64,000 nt of DNA. Source: an uncultured delta proteobacterium. GTDB taxonomy: Bacteria; Desulfobacterota; Binatia; DP-6. Position numbers and translations under genes: made by a program. The notes under the pieces were generated by a model that was given only the letters and a program-made list of their open reading frames with translations, made no database searches and was not told the DNA's origin. The stretch covers positions 96,001 to 160,000 of the forward strand of contig CAWFFN010000008.1 of NCBI GenBank assembly GCA_963815115.1, read 5' to 3'. How positions within the stretch are numbered: position 1 is the first letter of the stretch; every line of letters begins with the position of its first letter. Of this stretch, positions 1-14,158 are shown in pieces.

Positions 1-11
1 AGCCACCCTCC

Positions 12-1214
12 ATGTCCGAGCCGCGCCCCCCGGTCCGCTCTCGAGTGGCCGTCTCGGTCTTCTTCTTCGTCAACGGGGTCGTGCTGGCGAGCTGGGTTCC
101 TCACATCCCCGCCGTCAAGGCACGCCACGGGATCTCCGATGGCACGCTCGGCCTCGTGCTGCTCTCCATGGCCCTGGGAGCGGTGTTCGCGCTGCCCCTC
201 GCCGGCTGGCTCGTCGGTCGCGCAGGCAGCCGCCGCATGACCTCGGCGTCCGGGCTGGCCTTCTGTCTGGCGCTCCCCCTTCCGCTCGTGAGCCCCGACC
301 TCGTCCTCCTCTCCCTCTCGCTGGTCCTGCTCGGCGCCTGCAACGCAACGCTGGACGTCTCGATGAACGCGCAGGCCGTCGTGGTCGAGGCGGGCTACCG
401 GCGTGCGATCATGTCCTCCTTCCACGGGGTGTTCAGCCTCGGCGGTCTGGCGGGAGCCGCCATCGCCGGGGCCGTCATGGCGCTTGGCGTCCCTGCACTC
501 GCGCACGTCGTCACGATCAGCGCCGCCTCCGTGATCGCCCTCGGCTCTTGCCGGCGATGGCTCGTGCCCTCGGCCTCACGGGACCGGCATCCCGAGCGGG
601 TCTTCGCCAGACCGACGGGCGTCCTGCTCGGTCTCGGACTCCTCTCCTTCTGCGGCCTGCTCGCCGAGGGCGCCATGGGCGACTGGAGCGCCGTCTACCT
701 GCACGACACGCTCGGGAGCAGCCCGGCGGTCGCGGCGGCCGGCTTCGCGGCGTTCTCGCTCGCCATGGGCGCGGGCCGGTTCGGCGGCGACCGCCTCGTC
801 GCGCGATTCGGATCCGTTGCCGTTCTCCGTGCCTCGAGCGCCGTCGCTGCGGTCGGGCTGGCCGTCGCACTGGTCATCGGCCGGCCGATCGCCGGAATCA
901 TTGGCTGCGGTCTGGTCGGCGTCGGGATCTCGAACGTCATCCCGATCCTGTTCAGCGCGGCCGGACGGGTACCGGGCATCCAGGCAGGGACCGCCCTCGC
1001 GGCCGTCGCCACCGCCGGCTACTGTGGATTGCTCGCGGGTCCGCCGCTGATCGGACTCGCCGCGGAGGTCAGCGGCCTCCGCGGCGCCCTGGGAATCGTC
1101 AGCGTCCTCTGCGGCCTCATCACGCTGGGAGCCGGAGCGACGGCGCAATCGGGAGCGCCCGACGCGGACGGCATCGCGAGACGAGTCGAGGGGACCGGGT
1201 CGGAGGTGGGCTGA
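12..1214 (+). CDS. MFS transporter
   Basis: 400 aa with about 12 hydrophobic segments, a motif-A-like GWLVGRAGSRR, and DVSMNAQA and EGAMGDWS motifs typical of YbjJ-like MFS proteins. Confidence 0.9.
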   Translation: MSEPRPPVRSRVAVSVFFFVNGVVLASWVPHIPAVKARHGISDGTLGLVLLSMALGAVFALPLAGWLVGRAGSRRMTSASGLAFCLALPLPLVSPDLVLLSLSLVLLGACNATLDVSMNAQAVVVEAGYRRAIMSSFHGVFSLGGLAGAAIAGAVMALGVPALAHVVTISAASVIALGSCRRWLVPSASRDRHPERVFARPTGVLLGLGLLSFCGLLAEGAMGDWSAVYLHDTLGSSPAVAAAGFAAFSLAMGAGRFGGDRLVARFGSVAVLRASSAVAAVGLAVALVIGRPIAGIIGCGLVGVGISNVIPILFSAAGRVPGIQAGTALAAVATAGYCGLLAGPPLIGLAAEVSGLRGALGIVSVLCGLITLGAGATAQSGAPDADGIARRVEGTGSEVG

Positions 1215-1222
1215 TCCGGAGA

Positions 1223-1887
1223 TCAGCCCGACTTCTCGAGCGCCTCCAGCAGATCGGCGTAGATCCCGCGCTTGAGCGCCGCATAGGTCTGCCGGTCCTT
1301 CCGAGCCAGCGCAGCCGCTCGTGCGATCGCCGCCGGCAGCACCTCGGGTGCCGGCACCGCCTCGTCGACGATCCCGCGCTGGCACGCCTCCGCCCCGCCG
1401 ATCCGCGCTCCCGTCAGCACGACGTCGCGCAGCACGCCGCCGGCGAGACGGTGCTTCACGAGCGCGACCATCCCGGGGTGGAGGGGCAGCCCGATGTCGA
1501 CCTCGTTCAGGCAGAAGAAGCCGCGGTCTGCTCGCATCACGCGGAAGTCGTGAGCGAGCGCGAGCATGCCGCCGCCCGCGAACGCGTGGCCGTTGACCGC
1601 GGCGACCGTCGGCACGCCGAGCCCGGCGACGCGCGCAAAGAGCGCGATCACGGACTCGACGAAGCGCGCCGCCTCGTCCTGGCCGTCGCCGCCCAGCCAG
1701 TCGAGATCCAGTCCGGTCGAGTAGAACTTCTCCTGGCCTCCGGTGGTGACGAGCGCCGCGGACCGCTCGACGCCTCGACCGCGTCCAGCGCGCGGTTGAG
1801 CGCATCCAGGAAGGGACGATTGAAGCGATTCTCGCCTGCCTGCATGGTCAGGACGAAGACACTGCCGTCACGGTCGAGGTCGATCAT
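1223..1887 (-). CDS. Enoyl-CoA hydratase/isomerase family protein, split by one frameshift near 1762 (probably a sequencing error)
   Basis: N-terminus MIDLDRDGSVFVLTMQAGENRFN lies in ORF 1648..1932. The C-terminal part (PTVAAVNGHAFAGG..LALAHDFRVM..LNEVDIG) lies in ORF 1223..1651. KFYSTGLDLDW lies between them in the second frame. Confidence 0.85.
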
Positions 1888-1978
1888 GGCGTTCCTTCCG
1901 ATGCAGTCGCTGGGCGCGCCGGGATTGTGCACGCCCGGGCAGGCCCTGCCAAGGTGCGCGCCGATCCGACCGAGCGCC

Positions 1979-3955
1979 TCAGGCGGTGTCCGGAGCGAGC
2001 ACGACCCGATCGAGACGCATCAGCTCGCCGAGCGACCAGGCCTGGAACGGACAGCCACGCGGCGTGTGCGGCGGTTCAGCGTCCGCGATCTCCGAGACGT
2101 GGCCGAGGCCCGCCTCGTCGAGGTGCCGGAAGAGCGGCCCCAGGAATCGCTCGCGCGCTTCCTGCCTGGCGCCGGCCGTCCCGCCGCGGACGCGGACCCA
2201 CGCCTCCACGAACGGACCCATGAGCCACGGCCAGACGGTGCCCTGATGGTACGCGGCGTCGCGCTCGCGCGCGCCGCCCTCGTAGCGGGGGGCGTAGCCC
2301 GGCTGGTCGGGTGCCAGCGAGCGCAGCCCCAGGGGCGTCAGCAAGCGCGCCTCGACCGCGTCGACCACCCGCCGCGCCCGCTCTCCCTCGACGATGCCGA
2401 ACGGCAGACCGCCGACCGCGAGGATCTGATTGGGACGGAAGGTCGCATCGACGCTACCAGGACGGTGATCGACGTCGACGACGTCGTGCAGACAGCCGCC
2501 GGCCTCGTCCCAGAACCGCGCCTCGAAGGCCGCCCGGCCGCGCTCGTACACCTCGGCCCAGCGCGCCGACAGGCTGGCGCCGATGCGGAGCGCGTTCAGC
2601 CACAGCGCCTGCACCTCGACCGGCTTGCCGATGCGCGGGGTGACGACCCAGTCGCCCACCTTGGCGTCCATCCAGGTGAGCTGGACGCCGGGCTCGCCGG
2701 CCGCGAGGAGGCCGTCATCGTCCGCCTTGATGGCGTACCGGGTGCCGCCGGCGTAGCCCGAGAGGATCGCCTGGATGGCCGCCTCCAGCGTCTGGCGATC
2801 GCGCCGCGTGATGCGGCCGGCGATCTGCAGGAACTCGTGCACGGAGACCACGAACCAGAGCGCGGCATCGACCGCGTTGAACTCGAGCTGCTCGCCACGC
2901 TCGGGGAAGCGGTTCGGCAGCATCCCGTCGGAGACCATGGCGGCCCATTCGAGAAGGATCGCACGGGCGTCATCGAGGCGTCCGGTCGCGAGGCAGAGAC
3001 CGCGGAGCGCGATGAAGGTGTCCCGCCCCCAGTCGCAGAACCAGGGATAGCCCGCGACGATCGTCTTCCCGACCCCGCGCCGCACGAGGTACGCGTCCGC
3101 CGAGCGGTGGAGGCGCGAGGTGAAGCGCCGGCGGCGCCGCCGCTCGACGGCGCGCAGGGTCGCGACGTCCATCGGCGGCTCGCCCCCGTCCGCGGCGAGC
3201 ACCCAGAGGGCCTCGCCGCGCGCCAGGTCCCAGCGGAAGACTCCCGGCGAGGCGAGGTCCTCCACGTGGTCGAGCCCGCGAGCGCGCTCCTCGGTGTAGA
3301 GGAAGTTGCGGTACCAGTCCGGCCCGTGGGCGTAGTTTCCGTTCGACCGAGCGACGATCGCCGGAAGGCCGGCATAGGGCCGCCATACCACGCGGTCTCC
3401 GGCCACCTCGGCGTCGAACCGAAAGGCCGGGTTCTCGTGGTGCAGCGCATGATAGTCCCGCCCCGAGAGCAGCGGCCGCACGGCGAGGGTGACGGCCGAT
3501 CCGCCGCGGAGGCGCCAGTAGAGGGCGGTCGCCGACCGGCCGTGCGGGACGAGCAGGCCGTGCTCGATGCTGCCTCCGTCGGGTAGCGCATACACCCACG
3601 ACGGCCACGGAGCGGGTTCGAACGCCGTGATCCGCTGCGCACCGTCGGGATGGATGACGTCCGGCGTGTAGTGCTGCGAGGTGAGAGCGAGCACGCCGGC
3701 GGGCGTTTCCAGCCACGCCTCGAACCCGTTCACGAGCACGACACGGCCGGCTGGCGGCATCGTCGCGGCCAGCAGGATCGCGTGGTAGCGCCGCGTCCGG
3801 ATCCCGCACACGGTCCCGGACGCGAAGCCGCCGAGCCCATCCGCCTCCAGCCACTCGGCGCTGGCGTCGACGCGAGGGACGATCTTCTGTTCCGCGCTCA
3901 CCGTGTCGAGGCGACCCCGTTCTCGAGCACCGAGGTTCCGGATGACGGCATCCAT
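1979..3955 (-). CDS. Amylo-alpha-1,6-glucosidase / glycogen debranching enzyme family
   Basis: EWLEADGLGGFASGT, TRRYH, AGYPWFCDWGRDTFI, QLTWMDA and AYHQGTVWPWL motifs; the true start may be slightly downstream. Confidence 0.92.
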   Translation of the reverse strand: MDAVIRNLGARERGRLDTVSAEQKIVPRVDASAEWLEADGLGGFASGTVCGIRTRRYHAILLAATMPPAGRVVLVNGFEAWLETPAGVLALTSQHYTPDVIHPDGAQRITAFEPAPWPSWVYALPDGGSIEHGLLVPHGRSATALYWRLRGGSAVTLAVRPLLSGRDYHALHHENPAFRFDAEVAGDRVVWRPYAGLPAIVARSNGNYAHGPDWYRNFLYTEERARGLDHVEDLASPGVFRWDLARGEALWVLAADGGEPPMDVATLRAVERRRRRRFTSRLHRSADAYLVRRGVGKTIVAGYPWFCDWGRDTFIALRGLCLATGRLDDARAILLEWAAMVSDGMLPNRFPERGEQLEFNAVDAALWFVVSVHEFLQIAGRITRRDRQTLEAAIQAILSGYAGGTRYAIKADDDGLLAAGEPGVQLTWMDAKVGDWVVTPRIGKPVEVQALWLNALRIGASLSARWAEVYERGRAAFEARFWDEAGGCLHDVVDVDHRPGSVDATFRPNQILAVGGLPFGIVEGERARRVVDAVEARLLTPLGLRSLAPDQPGYAPRYEGGARERDAAYHQGTVWPWLMGPFVEAWVRVRGGTAGARQEARERFLGPLFRHLDEAGLGHVSEIADAEPPHTPRGCPFQAWSLGELMRLDRVVLAPDTA

Positions 3956-4042
3956 GTCAACCTCGAACGACCCATTCTCGACACCCGTTCATGCCGACGA
4001 CTTCCAGGCGCGTGCAAATCTGCCAGACTGGTGGCACCGAAG

Positions 4043-8017
<3,975 letters not shown>

Positions 8018-8305
8018 CCCTCCGCCCGCCGACAGGATGATACCTGGCCGACGAGGATACCGTGATGCCCGGGTTGTGCCGCGTGCCGGCATTTCGGCAC
8101 GGCTGCCGTCGAGCGGGCGCGAGAACCGCGCTCGGTCGGGCCGTGCGGCCGCCACCGAACGGGACGCCACCTGTCTACACGTCTTTGGCGACGGCCGTGG
8201 CGCGGCACGTGGGTTGCTCTGGGACCCGCGCATGGGAGTCGCGAGCGAGACGCCATCGTCCGATCCTTCTACGCTGCCGAGCCTCCGGATCCCGAGCGCG
8301 CAGCC

Positions 8306-9373
8306 GTGATGGATGACCCGTCGCAGGCGAGCCGCATGGGACGCCTGGCGCTGGTCGGCGTCATCGTCGGCGCCGTGATCGTCGCCTTCGCGTACGCCGG
8401 CGGCTGGCTGACGCCCTGGCGGCTGACGCCGGAAGGACTCGTCGACACCTTCCAGCAGATCAACGGTCCGCATCCCGGATTCCGCCGAAACCACGCGAAG
8501 GGCGTCAGCGTGAGCGGCACCTTCGAGTCGTCCGGCCGGGCGGCGGCGCTGTCCAGAGCCGCCGTCTTCCAGCCGGGCCGGATGCCCGTGGTCGGACGGT
8601 TCTCGCTCGCGGGGGGCAACCCGAATGCGGTCGACTCCCCGGAGACCGTCCGCGCCCTGGCGATCCGGTTCTCCCTTCCCGACGGCGAGGAGTGGCGCAC
8701 CGCCATGATCAGCCTCCCGGTGTTTCCCGTCCGCACGCCCGAGGCGTTCCGTGACCAGCTCGTCGCCATGGCTGCCGACCCCCGGACCGGCAAACCCGAT
8801 CCCGCGAAGGTGCAGGCGTTCCTTGCCGCGCACCCGGAATCCGCCCGGGCACTCGCGGTGATCAGGACGGAGAAGCTGTCGTCGGGCTTCGAGAACACCA
8901 CCTACTACGGGCTCAACGCCTTCGCGCTCGTGAGCTCGTCCGGCAAGTCGACGCCCGTGCGCTGGTCGACGGTGCCGCTCCAGCCATTCGCCCCCGTCGC
9001 GGCACAACCGTCGACCGATCCGAACTTCCTCTTCGACGCGCTGATTGCACAGGTGGAGCGGAGCCCGCTGCAGTGGCGCCTGGTCCTCACGATCGGTCGA
9101 CCCGGCGATCCCACCAACGACGCCACGATCGCCTGGCCGCCGGATCGCGAGCAGATCGACGCCGGCACGCTCACGATCGACCGCATCGAGAGCGACGACA
9201 GCAGCCCCGTTCGCAACATCACCTTCGACCCGCTCGTCCTTCCCGACGGCATCACCGGGTCGGACGATCCCCTGCTGAGCGCTCGCTCGGCCACCTATTC
9301 GGTCTCCTTCACGCGACGTCTCGGCGAGCCTGCATCGCCGAGCGCCATCTCGCCGGCGGCGATCCATCCGTGA
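8306..9373 (+). CDS. Catalase-related heme peroxidase (SrpA-like)
   Basis: HPGFRRNHAKG, VVGRFSLAGGNP and SDDPLLSARSATY motifs; N-terminal TM segment. Confidence 0.9.
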   Translation: MMDDPSQASRMGRLALVGVIVGAVIVAFAYAGGWLTPWRLTPEGLVDTFQQINGPHPGFRRNHAKGVSVSGTFESSGRAAALSRAAVFQPGRMPVVGRFSLAGGNPNAVDSPETVRALAIRFSLPDGEEWRTAMISLPVFPVRTPEAFRDQLVAMAADPRTGKPDPAKVQAFLAAHPESARALAVIRTEKLSSGFENTTYYGLNAFALVSSSGKSTPVRWSTVPLQPFAPVAAQPSTDPNFLFDALIAQVERSPLQWRLVLTIGRPGDPTNDATIAWPPDREQIDAGTLTIDRIESDDSSPVRNITFDPLVLPDGITGSDDPLLSARSATYSVSFTRRLGEPASPSAISPAAIHP

Positions 9374-9381
9374 GGCACGCC

Positions 9382-9957
9382 ATGCCCACCATCCGACAGT
9401 TCGCGTGGTCCTCCCGCATCCTTCACTGGCTGATGGCCGCGATGATCCTGGCGATGCTCTTCATCGGAGTCGCGATGATGGCCTCGCTCGCCGACTACCA
9501 TCTGCTGCTCTCGATCCATCGTCCGCTCGGCATCATGATTCTCGGCCTGGTCATCGTCCGGTTCGTCAACCGTCAACTGACCACACTGCCGCCGTTCCCG
9601 CCGACGATGTCGTCGTCCGAACGCCGCGTGGCCGAGTGGTCGGAGCGATTGATGTACGCGTTGATGTTCGCCGTGCCGTTGGTCGGCTGGGCGATGCTGT
9701 CGGCCGCGCGGTTCCCGATCGTGCTCTACGGACCGATCCGCCTGCCGCCCATCCTCCCCGTGAACGCGGCGCTCTACACCGTCCTGCGCAGGGCGCATAC
9801 GGTGCTGGCGTACCTGTTCTTCTTCACCGTCATCGCGCACTTCACCGCCGTCCTCTTCCACACCCTGGTGATCCGGGACAGGCTGCTAGAGCGTATGGTG
9901 CCATGGCGGGCGGCTCCGACCGCGCGACCCGCGCCATCGCCCAGGCATCCTGCCTAG
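9382..9957 (+). CDS. Cytochrome b561 family protein
   Basis: RILHWLMA, IHRPLG, RAHTVLA and AHFTAVLFH His pattern in four TM segments; directly follows the catalase-like gene. Confidence 0.85.
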   Translation: MPTIRQFAWSSRILHWLMAAMILAMLFIGVAMMASLADYHLLLSIHRPLGIMILGLVIVRFVNRQLTTLPPFPPTMSSSERRVAEWSERLMYALMFAVPLVGWAMLSAARFPIVLYGPIRLPPILPVNAALYTVLRRAHTVLAYLFFFTVIAHFTAVLFHTLVIRDRLLERMVPWRAAPTARPAPSPRHPA

Positions 9958-9996
9958 TGGGTTGCGGCATGCCTTCCGGGGCTGCACAGAGGAGAG

Positions 9997-11514
9997 ATGG
10001 CGAGCCCGGACAGTCCAGCGTTGGATCAGCCGCCGGCCCGTGCCGACACCGCGCCAGCCCAGACGCCGCCGCCTCGCACCGTCCCGAGCCCGCCGCCAGG
10101 TACGCCGGCGCCGAGCGCTCGGCGCCGATGGCTCCTCGCTGGGGTCGGCGTTCTCGCCCTGCTCCTCATCCTGTTCGAGGGCATCCCGTGGGTGCGCAAT
10201 GCGCTCCGGACGGTCTCGACCGACGACGCCTACGTGAACGGCCACGTCACCTTCGTCGCCGCGCGGGTCCCCGGTCAGGTCACGAAGGTGCTGGTGGACG
10301 ACAACAATCGGGTGCGGACCGGCGACCTGCTCGTGCAGCTCGACAAGGAGCCGTATCAGGTGCTGGTCAACATCGCCCAGGCCGCGCTCGATGCGGCGCG
10401 GGCCGATCTGCTCGCCGCGGAGGCCGAGACGCGCGCGGTCGAAGGTCAGGCGCGCAGCTTGCGCTTCAACCTCGACCACGCGATCGAGGACGTGAACAAC
10501 CAGGTGTCGCTCCTGCGCTCGCGGGTGGCCGGCCTCGACTCCTACAAGGCCGCGGTGGCGAAGGCGCAGGCCGACTACGACCGGGCGCTGCCACTCCTCA
10601 AGTCGGGCACCATCACCGCCGAGGAGCTCGACCACCGCAAGCAGGCACTGCGGGATGCGCAGGCGCAGCTCGAGGCGGCACTGCAGGGCGTCTACCAGAT
10701 TCGGGTCTCGCTCGGCCTTCCCCCGAGACCGCCGACCGGAGACGACCTGGCGCAGGTCCCTCCCGACCTCGACCAGACCTTCTCCACCGTACGGGAGGCC
10801 CAGGCGAAGCTCATCCAGGCGGTCGCACAGCTCGGCGTCGCCGTATCGTTCAACAAGTCGCCCAAGGAGATGATCGCGGACTTCTACAAGCGCGACGCCC
10901 AGGGCGACATCGATCGCATACTCGCCGACCTCCTGAAGGACGCGCCTGCCGTCGCGCAGGCCAGCGCGAAGGTGTCCGAGGCGCAGCGCAATCTCGACCA
11001 GGCCAAGCTGAACCTGCGCTACACGGACGTGTTCGCGGAGATCGACGGGGTGATCACGCGCCGCGAGGTGAATCCCGGCAACAACGTGGTCGCCGGACAG
11101 AGCCTGATGGCGATCCGCTCCCTGACGGACATCTGGGTCGACGCCAATTTCAAGGAGACCCAGCTGGCCGACATCAGGATCGGACATCCGGTCGACCTCT
11201 ACGTGGACATGTACGGCAAGCGCCGCGTGTTCAAGGGCCGCGTCTCCGGCTTCACGATGGGCACGGGATCGACCCTCGCGCTGCTGCCGCCCGAGAACGC
11301 CACGGGGAACTTCGTCAAGGTGGTGCAGCGCCTGCCGGTGCGCATCGACCTCGTGGGCTACGAGCCGGACAAGACGCCGCTGTTCATCGGCCTGTCGGTG
11401 AGGCCCTACGTCCACGTGCGGGAGACGCCCACGGGGCCCGATGCGGGACAGGTGCTGCAACCGCATGCCCCGCAGCCTTCGCCGGAGCCGACCGCAGCGC
11501 AGACCCGGCAATGA
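9997..11514 (+). CDS. HlyD/EmrA family efflux adaptor
   Basis: STDDAYV, WVDANFKETQL and LLPPENATGNFVKVVQRLPVRI motifs. Confidence 0.92.
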   Translation: MASPDSPALDQPPARADTAPAQTPPPRTVPSPPPGTPAPSARRRWLLAGVGVLALLLILFEGIPWVRNALRTVSTDDAYVNGHVTFVAARVPGQVTKVLVDDNNRVRTGDLLVQLDKEPYQVLVNIAQAALDAARADLLAAEAETRAVEGQARSLRFNLDHAIEDVNNQVSLLRSRVAGLDSYKAAVAKAQADYDRALPLLKSGTITAEELDHRKQALRDAQAQLEAALQGVYQIRVSLGLPPRPPTGDDLAQVPPDLDQTFSTVREAQAKLIQAVAQLGVAVSFNKSPKEMIADFYKRDAQGDIDRILADLLKDAPAVAQASAKVSEAQRNLDQAKLNLRYTDVFAEIDGVITRREVNPGNNVVAGQSLMAIRSLTDIWVDANFKETQLADIRIGHPVDLYVDMYGKRRVFKGRVSGFTMGTGSTLALLPPENATGNFVKVVQRLPVRIDLVGYEPDKTPLFIGLSVRPYVHVRETPTGPDAGQVLQPHAPQPSPEPTAAQTRQ

Positions 11515-13127
11515 CCACCCCTGCCATGGCGGCCCCTGCCATCGCCGTGCCGCGGCGGTCGGCGGGTCCGTGGCTCGTCGCCGTGGCCGTGGTCATCCCC
11601 ACCTTCATGGAGGTGCTGGACACCACGATCGCCAACGTCGCGCTGCGCTACATCGCCGGCGGCCTCTCGGCGCCGGTCACCGACAGCGAATGGGTGATCA
11701 CCAGCTACCTGGCCGCCAACGCGATCATCCTGCCCATCTCGGGCTGGCTCGCCACCCGCCTCGGCCGGCGCAACTACTTCCTGATCTCCATCGGCGTGTT
11801 CACCGCCGCGTCGGCGCTGTGCGGCATGGCCACGAGCCTGATCATGCTGATCGGGGCCCGCGTGCTCCAGGGCCTGGCGGGCGGCGGGCTCCAGCCGTCC
11901 AGCCAGGGCGTCCTGCTCGACGCCTTTCCTCCCGAACGCCAGGGCACGGCGATGACGGTGTTCGGCATCGCGGCGCTGCTCGCACCCGTCGTCGGCCCGA
12001 CGCTCGGGGGCTACATCACGGACAACTACAATTGGCGCTGGATCTTCTACCTGAACGTCCCCGTCGGTCTCCTGGCGCTCCTCATGTGCAGCCGTCTGGT
12101 GGTCGACCCGGACTACCTGGTGGCGCAGCGCGCCGCCGCCCGCCGCCAGCGCCAGCCCTTCGACCTGCTCGGCCTGGTGCTGCTGGCGGTCGCCATGGTC
12201 TGCTGGGAGGTGATGCTGAGCAAGGGACAGGAGTGGGACTGGCTCGGTGATCCATTCCTCCGCGTCCAGACCCTGCTGGTGCTGTTCCTCGTCTCCCTGG
12301 TGGCGCTGATCCTCCGGCAGCTCCGGATCACCAACCCGCTCATCAACTTCCGTACGCTGACGGACCGCAACTTCCGCTCCTGCTGCATCATCATCTTCTG
12401 CGCCTTCGGCGTCCTGTACGCGAACACGACGACCCTACCGGCGCTGCTCCAGTCCCTGTTCGGCTACGACGCCACGACGTCGGGACTGGTGCTGTCGCCC
12501 TCGGGAGTGGCCTCGGTCATGCTGCTGTTCGCGGTCGGGCTCCTGCTCGGCCGGGGCCTGGATGCGCGCTATCTCATGGCCGCCGGCGTACTGACGATGG
12601 CGGCCGGAAACCTCTGGCTGTCGCGGCTGAACCTGGACATCGGCCCGTGGCAGGTGGTCTGGCCGCGAGTGGTGGTGATCTCGGGCCTGTCGTTGCTGTT
12701 CGCGCCGCTGAACGTCGCAGCGTTCCTGTACATCCCGGCGCAGCTCCGCCCCGCGGCGGTCGGCCTGCTCGCGCTGCTGCGCAACGAGGGCGGCAGCGTC
12801 GGCACCTCGATGGCGCAGACGATCCTGGAGCGCCGCGAGCAGTTCCACGTCCTGCGGCTGAACGAGAAGCTCGACTCCCTGTACCCCGCCGTCCAGCAGT
12901 GGTTCGAGCGGGGACGCGAATTCTTCATGCACGGCAACGGTGATCCGGTACGGTCACACCAGATGGCGTTGCGCTCCCTGCAGGAGATGCGCGACCGGCA
13001 GGCCGCGGCGCTGGCGTACTTCGACGTGTTCTGGTCCTCGGCGGTCGTGGCGGCACTGATGGTGTTCCTCGTCCTCCTGATGCGTCGCTCGGTGGCCGAG
13101 AAGGGCGCCCACGTCGGCGCGGAGTGA
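11511..13127 (+). CDS. DHA2 family MFS efflux permease (EmrB-like)
   Basis: FMEVLDTTIANVAL, WVITSYL and APVVGPTLGGYITDNYNWRWIFYLN motifs; ATGA overlap with the emrA-like gene. Confidence 0.93.
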   Translation: MTTPAMAAPAIAVPRRSAGPWLVAVAVVIPTFMEVLDTTIANVALRYIAGGLSAPVTDSEWVITSYLAANAIILPISGWLATRLGRRNYFLISIGVFTAASALCGMATSLIMLIGARVLQGLAGGGLQPSSQGVLLDAFPPERQGTAMTVFGIAALLAPVVGPTLGGYITDNYNWRWIFYLNVPVGLLALLMCSRLVVDPDYLVAQRAAARRQRQPFDLLGLVLLAVAMVCWEVMLSKGQEWDWLGDPFLRVQTLLVLFLVSLVALILRQLRITNPLINFRTLTDRNFRSCCIIIFCAFGVLYANTTTLPALLQSLFGYDATTSGLVLSPSGVASVMLLFAVGLLLGRGLDARYLMAAGVLTMAAGNLWLSRLNLDIGPWQVVWPRVVVISGLSLLFAPLNVAAFLYIPAQLRPAAVGLLALLRNEGGSVGTSMAQTILERREQFHVLRLNEKLDSLYPAVQQWFERGREFFMHGNGDPVRSHQMALRSLQEMRDRQAAALAYFDVFWSSAVVAALMVFLVLLMRRSVAEKGAHVGAE

Positions 13128-13144
13128 ACCGTGCCAGCACGCCC

Positions 13145-13579
13145 TCAGGAGACCTCGTGCACCTGCCGCCAGTGCTCGTACATGCGGTTCACGATCGCGA
13201 ACACGAACGCCGTCGACCATCCGACCAGGATGAGACCCGTGAGACCCTCGATCCCTGCCAGCACCCGCCAGCCGGGTCCCAGAACGAGGTCGCCGAAGCC
13301 GAGCGTCGTGTACGTGGTGATGGAGAAGTAGACCGCCGTCTCCAGCGTCGGCAACTCGCCGGCTCGCCAGAACACCACGGCCCAGAGAACGATCTGGGTC
13401 AGATGGAGGAGGACGATGCACATGAACAGGGAGAGGAGGAGCCCGGCGCGGCGAACCACGTACGGGGACTCGAAGACCTGACGTATCCTGGCCAGCCAGT
13501 GGATCATCACCAGTGTCCCCAGGCTCTGGACGATCACGCAGGCCGCGAGCAGCGCGAGGGCAATCAGGACCAGATGCAT
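13145..13579 (-). CDS. Two-TM potassium channel family protein
   Basis: YFSITTYTTLGFGD pore-filter motif. Confidence 0.85.
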   Translation of the reverse strand: MHLVLIALALLAACVIVQSLGTLVMIHWLARIRQVFESPYVVRRAGLLLSLFMCIVLLHLTQIVLWAVVFWRAGELPTLETAVYFSITTYTTLGFGDLVLGPGWRVLAGIEGLTGLILVGWSTAFVFAIVNRMYEHWRQVHEVS

Positions 13580-13667
13580 GGGCTGGGTTCTAGGGAACTC
13601 CGGGAGGTCCCACCAGGCGGCAGCCCCGCGCGGCGGCCGATGATCGGCGAGGCGCTGACGACCGTCG

Positions 13668-14156
13668 TCACTGACCCTGGTGGGCAGGGTCGAGCAGAGG
13701 CGGGACGAGGCGGTCCAGCGCCGCGGCATCGAGGAATTGCTCGTGGAGCGTCGCCGTGCCACGCACGACGAACGCCGTCGTGGGGAGCCCGCGCGGGAAG
13801 AGCCGCTCGGTGAGCGCGTCCTGGTCGGCGGCGACGGTGACGACGTCGTAGCGCATGTCCCACGTCCGGCGCGCGTTGCGGACGCGCTTCACGTCGGTCT
13901 CGAGGGCGACCCCGAGCACGCGCAGCCCGCGATCGCGCCAGCGCCGTGCGGCGTCGTTCAACGCCGGGACTTCGGCGCGGCAGGGCGGGCAGTAGGTCGC
14001 CCAGAAGGCGACGACCGTCGGGCGGTCGCCGACGACCTCGCGCAGCGCGACGACGGTGCCGTTCTCGCGCGCGACCCGCAGGTCGAGGACTCCCGGCGCC
14101 GAGGTCGCCATCGCGCTCGTCGCCACGAGGACGAGCGCAGCCCCGACGGCTCGCAC
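13668..14156 (-). CDS. TlpA/ResA-like thiol-disulfide oxidoreductase
   Basis: FWATYCPPCRAEVP and GLPTT cis-Pro loop; signal peptide; 3' part of ORF 13668..15128. Confidence 0.85.
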   Translation of the reverse strand: MRAVGAALVLVATSAMATSAPGVLDLRVARENGTVVALREVVGDRPTVVAFWATYCPPCRAEVPALNDAARRWRDRGLRVLGVALETDVKRVRNARRTWDMRYDVVTVAADQDALTERLFPRGLPTTAFVVRGTATLHEQFLDAAALDRLVPPLLDPAHQGQ

Positions 14157-14158
14157 GA

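Noticed and set aside
548-3586. 1012-aa ORF on the + strand
   Set aside because: Arg/Ala/Pro-rich shadow frame, largely antisense to the hydratase and debranching genes; typical of high-GC DNA.
9405-11510. Apparent 700-aa N-terminal extension of the EmrB-like permease
   Set aside because: An off-frame overlap with the cytochrome b and emrA genes; the real start is the ATG at 11511.
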